A stretch of DNA of 64,000 bases from Desulfosudaceae bacterium (GTDB lineage Bacteria > Desulfobacterota > Desulfobacteria > Desulfobacterales > Desulfosudaceae). Below are positions 58,888 through 64,000 of this stretch, in pieces. Location of the stretch: the NCBI GenBank assembly GCA_963674745.2, contig CAXXDV010000003.1, positions 2,368,001 to 2,432,000 of the forward strand, read 5' to 3'. Numbering within the stretch: position 1 is the first letter of the stretch; every line of letters begins with the position of its first letter. Under the pieces are notes generated by a model. It was not told the origin of the DNA. It was given only the letters and a program-made list of their open reading frames with translations, and did not search any database. The position numbers and the translations under genes are program-made.

Positions 58888-61800
58888 CTATGGGGTGACT
58901 TCTTCACCGAACATTTCAATTTCTTCGATGATCATTTCCTGGCCGGCATCCCCGCCGGAGACAAACCAGATGCGTACGTGGCGGTAGGCTGTTTCATTGT
59001 CAAACGCGTAGGCATCCCAGCATCCATCACAACTGTAAGTCTGGTCTTCGGTTGTTAACGTCAGCCAGTCGCTGCTGTCCTTGGCCACACCCGGGCTGGC
59101 GATGTTTGATCCCTGCACGATAAATGTTCCGGGGTCTGCCGTTCCGCCGTATCCCTTGATGCGAATGATGTCCACCGCATATTGTGACGCGCCGAAATCA
59201 ATACTGATCCATTCATTATCGGCCACCGGGTAATTATTGGGACTCCAGGATGTATTTACATCATCGTCAAACGCGTTTTCCTTGAGGCTGTTATATTCCG
59301 AACTGGCTGATACGGTCAGACCGTATGTCAGGTCAACGTTGTTCGGGTTGTCCCAGATTGTCGGATCAGTGCCATAGGTATTTATCTCTTCACCGTCAGG
59401 CAGACCGTCATTATCAGAGTCATCATCGCAGGGGTCTGTTTCCGTTGAATCGACAGTGCCATTCAGATTGATGTCTTCATCACCATCCCAGAGTCCGTCA
59501 TCGTCGGTATCAAAATCATCAAATTCCGTGCAGCCTCTGTCTTCAAGCATATTGGAAAGCCCGTCGCCGTCATCGTCTTCAGACATTGTCTGAGTATCGC
59601 TCCAGGTCCAGGTCGTTACTACATCTCCCTGGGCATCAAGGAACTCGATATATTCAATAAAGTAACTCTCATTAAGGCCAAAGTTATCCGTAACGGTAAT
59701 AACATCATCGGCCGATATCCGGATGATCAGGTCCGTGCCGTCAGCACTGCGGCTCAAGATCACATTTGCTTCTGCCACATCCGAAGTAAATACGATCGTG
59801 TCTGTCCCGCCGGATACGCCATCCTCTGTAATCGTGTCCAGGCCGCATCCCAGGGAGAACCGGTAGGTATCGTTCCCATTATACCCCTTGAGAAGATCGT
59901 TCCCGGGCCCGCCTTCCAGAATGTCATTGCCGTAGCCGTCGCCTCCGTGCAAATTGTCGTCCCCGGCACCGCCATACAACGTGTCATCACCGGTATAACC
60001 GTCCAGCGTGTCGTTGCCATCCCCGCCGTCCAGCGTGTCGTTGCCGATATCACCATACAGCGTGTCGGCACCTGCATCACCATATAACGTGTCATCGCCG
60101 GCATCACCATCCAGCGTGTCGTTACCATCTCCCCCGATCAACGTGTCATTCCCGGCATATCCATACAGCACATCGTTGCCGCCAAGGCCGTCGATATTAT
60201 CGTCTGTATCGTAAAAACCGTGCAGCGTATCGTCTCCTTCGGTGACAACCGGCGGCAGCATGCCGACTACATCAAGGCAGCCCCAGGTCGTCAGTACAGC
60301 GCCTTGTCCGTCCAGGAACTGGATATGCTCTATCTGGCATCCTTCAACACCAAAGTTATTCACCACGGTGATAACATCATCGACCGATATCCGGATGATC
60401 AGATCCATACCGTCAGCACTGCGGCTCAATATCACATCTGCTTCTGCCACATCCGAGGTAAATACGATCGCGTCTGCCCCGCCGTAAGCACCCGTCTCGT
60501 CAACCGTGTCCAGGCCGCATCCCAGGGAGAAGCGGTAGGTATCGTCCCCATTATACCCCTGAAGAAGATCATTCCCGGGCCCGCCTTCCAGAATGTCATT
60601 ACCGTATCCATCGCCTCCGTGCAGATTGTCATCACCGGTTCCGCCATACAACGTATCATCGCCGGTATAACCGTCCAGCGTGTCGTTGCCATCCCCGCCG
60701 TTCAGCGTGTCGTTGCCGATATCACCATACAGCGTGTCGTTGCCCGCACCGCCATTTAACGTGTCATTACCGGCACCACCGTCCAGCGTGTCGGCACCAT
60801 CCCCGCCGTCCAGCGTGTCATTCCCGGCATATCCATACAGCACATCGTTGCCGCCAAGACCGTCGATATTATTATCGTATTCATCTCCGTACAGCGTATC
60901 GTCACCGTCAGTGGCAGCCGGCGGCAGCATACCGATTACATCTAAACGGTCCCAGGTTGTGACCACATCTCCCTGGGCATCAAGGAACTCGATATATTCA
61001 ATATACCAACTCTCATAAAGGCCAAAATTATTCGTCACCGTAATAACATCATCGACCGATATCCGGATGATCAGATCCATACCGTCAGCACTGCGGCTCA
61101 AGATCACATTTGCTTCTGCCACATTCGAGGTAAATACGATCGTGTCTGTCCCGCCGGATACACCATCCTCTGTAATCGTGTCCAGGCCGCATCCCAGGGA
61201 GAAGCGGTAGGTATCGTCCCCATTATACCCCTGAAGAAGATCATTCCCGGGCCCGCCTTCCAGAATGTCATTACCGTATCCATCGCCTCCGTGCAGATTG
61301 TCATCACCGGTTCCGCCATACAACGTATCATCACCGGTATAACCGTCCAGCGTGTCGTTGCCATCCCCGCCGTCCAGCGTGTCGTTGCCGATATCACCAT
61401 ACAGCGTGTCGGCACCTGCATCACCATATAACGTGTCATCGCCGGCATCACCATCCAGCGTGTCATTACCATCTCCCCCGATCAACGTGTCATTCCCGGC
61501 ATATCCATACAGCACATCGTTGCCGCCAAGGCCGTCGATATTATCGTCTGTATCGTAAAAACCGTGCAGCGTATCGTCTCCTTCGGTGGCAACCGGCGGC
61601 AGCATGCCGATTACATCAAGGCAGCCCCAGGTCGTCAGCACAGCGCCTTGTCCGTCCAGGAACTGGATATACTCTATCTGGCATCCTTCAACACCAAAGT
61701 TATCCACCACGGTGATAACATCATCGACCGATATCCGGATGATCAGGTCCGTGCCGTCAGCACTGCGGCTCAATATCACATCTGCTTCTGCCACATCCGA

Positions 61801-64000
61801 GGTAAATACGATCGTATCTGCCCCGCCGTAAGCACCCGTCTCGTCAACCGTGTCCAGGCCGCATCCCAGAGAGAAGCGGTAGGTATCGTTCCCATTATAC
61901 CCCTGAAGAAAATCATTCCCGGGCCCGCCTTCCAGAATGTCATTGCCGTAGCCGTCGCCTCCGTGCAGATTGTCGTCACCGGCGCCGCCATACAACGTGT
62001 CATCACCGGTATAACCGTCCAGCGTGTCGTTGCCATCCCCGCCGTCCAGCGTGTCGTTGCCGATATCACCATACAGCGTGTCATTCCCGGCACCGCCATA
62101 CAGCGTGTCATCGCCGGTATACCCATAAATCGTGTCATTGCCGCCAAGTCCGTCGATGACATCATCCTGGTCGTTATATCCCTGGAGCAGGTCATCGCCC
62201 TCTGTTCCTGTCACAGGCAGCCTGCTTTGCATATCATCCCGCGCCCATTCAGTGCCGCCTGCGAACCGGATCAGTTCGATATGATAGTCGGCGTCACTGT
62301 CAAAATTCTTGTACACGGTTATCTGATCGGTTGTCCCGTCTATAAAGATAATGAGATCGTTTCCGTTCCGGATCAAGGAGACGTCAGCCGGTAATATGCC
62401 GGCCGTAAACTCGATCACATCCGTGCCGTTGCCCGAGGAGGTCTCGTTAATGAGGTCCTGGCCAAAGCCCGGATCAAACAGGTAGGTGTCATTACCCGTT
62501 CTGCCTATCAGGGTATCATTATCAGCACCGCCGATCAGGGTGTCATTGCCGCTATTGCCGTCCAGCGTGTCGTTGCCGGCACCGCCATACAGCGTATCAT
62601 CGCCGGTATACCCATAAATCGAATCATTGCCGCCAAGTCCGTCGATGACATCATCCTCATCATGATAACCGCGGATTTCATCGTCTCCCTCGGTCGCCGC
62701 CACGGACAGAAGCATTGTTTTGATTTCGTCATAGGTCCAGGCCGTGCCGTCAGAAAAATGGATCTCTTCAACCCGATAGTCGGCGTCATTGTCAAATTCC
62801 TCGTTCACGGTGATCTGATCGGTTGTCCCGTCTATAAAGATAATGAGATCGTCGACGTCCCGGCTCAAGGAGACGTCAGCCGGTAAGATGCCGGCCGTAA
62901 ACTCGATCACATCCGTGCCGTTGCCCGAGGAGGTCTCGTTAATGAGGTCCTGGCCAAAGCCCGGATCAAACAGGTAGGTGTCATTACCCGTCCGGCCGAT
63001 CAGGGTATCATTATCAGCACCGCCGATCAGGGTGTCATTGCCGCTATTGCCGTCCAGCGTGTCGTTGCCGGCACCGCCATACAGCGTATCATCGCCGGTA
63101 TACCCATAAATCGAATCATTGCCGCCAAGTCCGTCGATGACATCATCCTCATCATGATAACCGCGGATTACATCGTTTCCTTCAGTCGCCGCCCCGGACA
63201 GAAGCATTGTTTTGACATCGTCATAGGTCCAGGCCGTGCCGTCAGAAAAATGGATCTCTTCAACCCGATAGTCGGCGTCATTGTCAAATTCCTCGTTCAC
63301 AGTGATCTGATCGGTTGTCCCGTCTATAAAGATAATGAGATCGTCGACGTCCCGGCTCAAGGAGACGTCAGCCGGTAAGATGCCGGCCGTAAACTCGATC
63401 ACATCCGTGCCATTGCCCGAGGAGGTCTCGTTAATGAGGTCCTGGCCAAAGCCCGGATCAAACACGTAGGTGTCATTACCCGTCCGGCCGATCAGGGTAT
63501 CATTATCAGCACCGCCGATCAGGGTATCATTGCCGCCATTGCCGTCCAGCGTGTCGTTGCCGGCACTGCCGTAAAGCGTATCATCGCCGGTATACCCATA
63601 AATCGTGTCATTGCCGCCAAGTCCGTCTATGACATCATCCTGGTCGTTATATCCCTGGAGCAGGTCATCGCCCTCTGTTCCTGTCAGAGGCAGCCTGCTT
63701 TGCATATCATCCCGCGTCCATTCAGTGCCGCCTGCGAACCGGATCAGTTCGATATGATAGTCGGCGTCACTGTCAAAATTCTTGTACACGGTTATCTGAT
63801 CGGTTGTCCCGTCTATAGAGATAATGAGATCGTTTCCGTTCCGGATCAAGGAGACGTCAGCCGGTAAGATGCCGGCCGTAAACTCGATCACATCCGTGCC
63901 GTTGCCCGAGGAGGTCTCGTTAATGAGGTCCTGGCCAAAGCCCGGATCAAACAGGTAGGTGTCATTACCCGTCCGGCCGATCAGGGTATCATTATCAGCA
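58888..64000 (-). CDS. RTX/hemolysin-type Ca-binding repeat protein with C-terminal acidic DxDxDG repeats and a discoidin-like domain (5' end outside window)
   Basis: GGxGNDxL nonapeptides, RxxxDLII..DQITV..IExIxF modules, DxDDDGL repeats, ASS..NAFDD..W..EWISIDFG..YRHVRI..IEEIEMFG; the frame is open to the window edge. Confidence 0.93.
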   Translation of the reverse strand, partial: ADNDTLIGRTGNDTYLFDPGFGQDLINETSSGNGTDVIEFTAGILPADVSLIRNGNDLIISIDGTTDQITVYKNFDSDADYHIELIRFAGGTEWTRDDMQSRLPLTGTEGDDLLQGYNDQDDVIDGLGGNDTIYGYTGDDTLYGSAGNDTLDGNGGNDTLIGGADNDTLIGRTGNDTYVFDPGFGQDLINETSSGNGTDVIEFTAGILPADVSLSRDVDDLIIFIDGTTDQITVNEEFDNDADYRVEEIHFSDGTAWTYDDVKTMLLSGAATEGNDVIRGYHDEDDVIDGLGGNDSIYGYTGDDTLYGGAGNDTLDGNSGNDTLIGGADNDTLIGRTGNDTYLFDPGFGQDLINETSSGNGTDVIEFTAGILPADVSLSRDVDDLIIFIDGTTDQITVNEEFDNDADYRVEEIHFSDGTAWTYDEIKTMLLSVAATEGDDEIRGYHDEDDVIDGLGGNDSIYGYTGDDTLYGGAGNDTLDGNSGNDTLIGGADNDTLIGRTGNDTYLFDPGFGQDLINETSSGNGTDVIEFTAGILPADVSLIRNGNDLIIFIDGTTDQITVYKNFDSDADYHIELIRFAGGTEWARDDMQSRLPVTGTEGDDLLQGYNDQDDVIDGLGGNDTIYGYTGDDTLYGGAGNDTLYGDIGNDTLDGGDGNDTLDGYTGDDTLYGGAGDDNLHGGDGYGNDILEGGPGNDFLQGYNGNDTYRFSLGCGLDTVDETGAYGGADTIVFTSDVAEADVILSRSADGTDLIIRISVDDVITVVDNFGVEGCQIEYIQFLDGQGAVLTTWGCLDVIGMLPPVATEGDDTLHGFYDTDDNIDGLGGNDVLYGYAGNDTLIGGDGNDTLDGDAGDDTLYGDAGADTLYGDIGNDTLDGGDGNDTLDGYTGDDTLYGGTGDDNLHGGDGYGNDILEGGPGNDLLQGYNGDDTYRFSLGCGLDTITEDGVSGGTDTIVFTSNVAEANVILSRSADGMDLIIRISVDDVITVTNNFGLYESWYIEYIEFLDAQGDVVTTWDRLDVIGMLPPAATDGDDTLYGDEYDNNIDGLGGNDVLYGYAGNDTLDGGDGADTLDGGAGNDTLNGGAGNDTLYGDIGNDTLNGGDGNDTLDGYTGDDTLYGGTGDDNLHGGDGYGNDILEGGPGNDLLQGYNGDDTYRFSLGCGLDTVDETGAYGGADAIVFTSDVAEADVILSRSADGMDLIIRISVDDVITVVNNFGVEGCQIEHIQFLDGQGAVLTTWGCLDVVGMLPPVVTEGDDTLHGFYDTDDNIDGLGGNDVLYGYAGNDTLIGGDGNDTLDGDAGDDTLYGDAGADTLYGDIGNDTLDGGDGNDTLDGYTGDDTLYGGAGDDNLHGGDGYGNDILEGGPGNDLLKGYNGNDTYRFSLGCGLDTITEDGVSGGTDTIVFTSDVAEANVILSRSADGTDLIIRISADDVITVTDNFGLNESYFIEYIEFLDAQGDVVTTWTWSDTQTMSEDDDGDGLSNMLEDRGCTEFDDFDTDDDGLWDGDEDINLNGTVDSTETDPCDDDSDNDGLPDGEEINTYGTDPTIWDNPNNVDLTYGLTVSASSEYNSLKENAFDDDVNTSWSPNNYPVADNEWISIDFGASQYAVDIIRIKGYGGTADPGTFIVQGSNIASPGVAKDSSDWLTLTTEDQTYSCDGCWDAYAFDNETAYRHVRIWFVSGGDAGQEMIIEEIEMFGEEVTP
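59630..64000. repeat. Intragenic tandem repeats of ~672 bp and ~490 bp
   Basis: Four ~672-bp units alternate in type (period 1344), then units spaced 489-492 bp. Confidence 0.9.

Overview
This 64 kb window looks like a Desulfobacterota (Desulfobacterales-like) chromosome segment; the taxon is inferred from gene content. The left half (1-32 kb) is mostly acyl-CoA and lipid metabolism: a biotin-dependent acyl-CoA carboxylase, two acyl-CoA dehydrogenases, coaE, a GlcD-like FAD oxidoreductase with two CCG Fe-S proteins, a thiolase, an aldehyde dehydrogenase, a sigma54-controlled lipase plus foldase, lnt, an M28-like protein and icmF. GTAG-type REPs and MITE-like repeats are scattered through it. 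It also has an outer-membrane beta-barrel gene split only by an in-frame TGA that is followed directly by a long hairpin, a candidate selenoprotein (30123-31235). The right half (32-64 kb) is a polymorphic-toxin locus on the minus strand: an RTX Ca-binding giant protein, an exported rhodanese-like protein, a ~4440 aa signal-peptide Rhs protein, then an AT-rich array of orphan Rhs C-terminus/partner cassettes interrupted by an IS66. The most striking signal is at the end of that array. A RAYT-like HUH (Y1) transposase sits between perfect 27-bp terminal inverted repeats, and exact or degenerate copies of the same end (core GGGACGY) recur in one orientation at the cassette boundaries, usually touching the stop codon. 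This suggests an integron-like cassette capture or shuffling system run by an HUH enzyme. The repeats are seen directly; the mechanism is inference.
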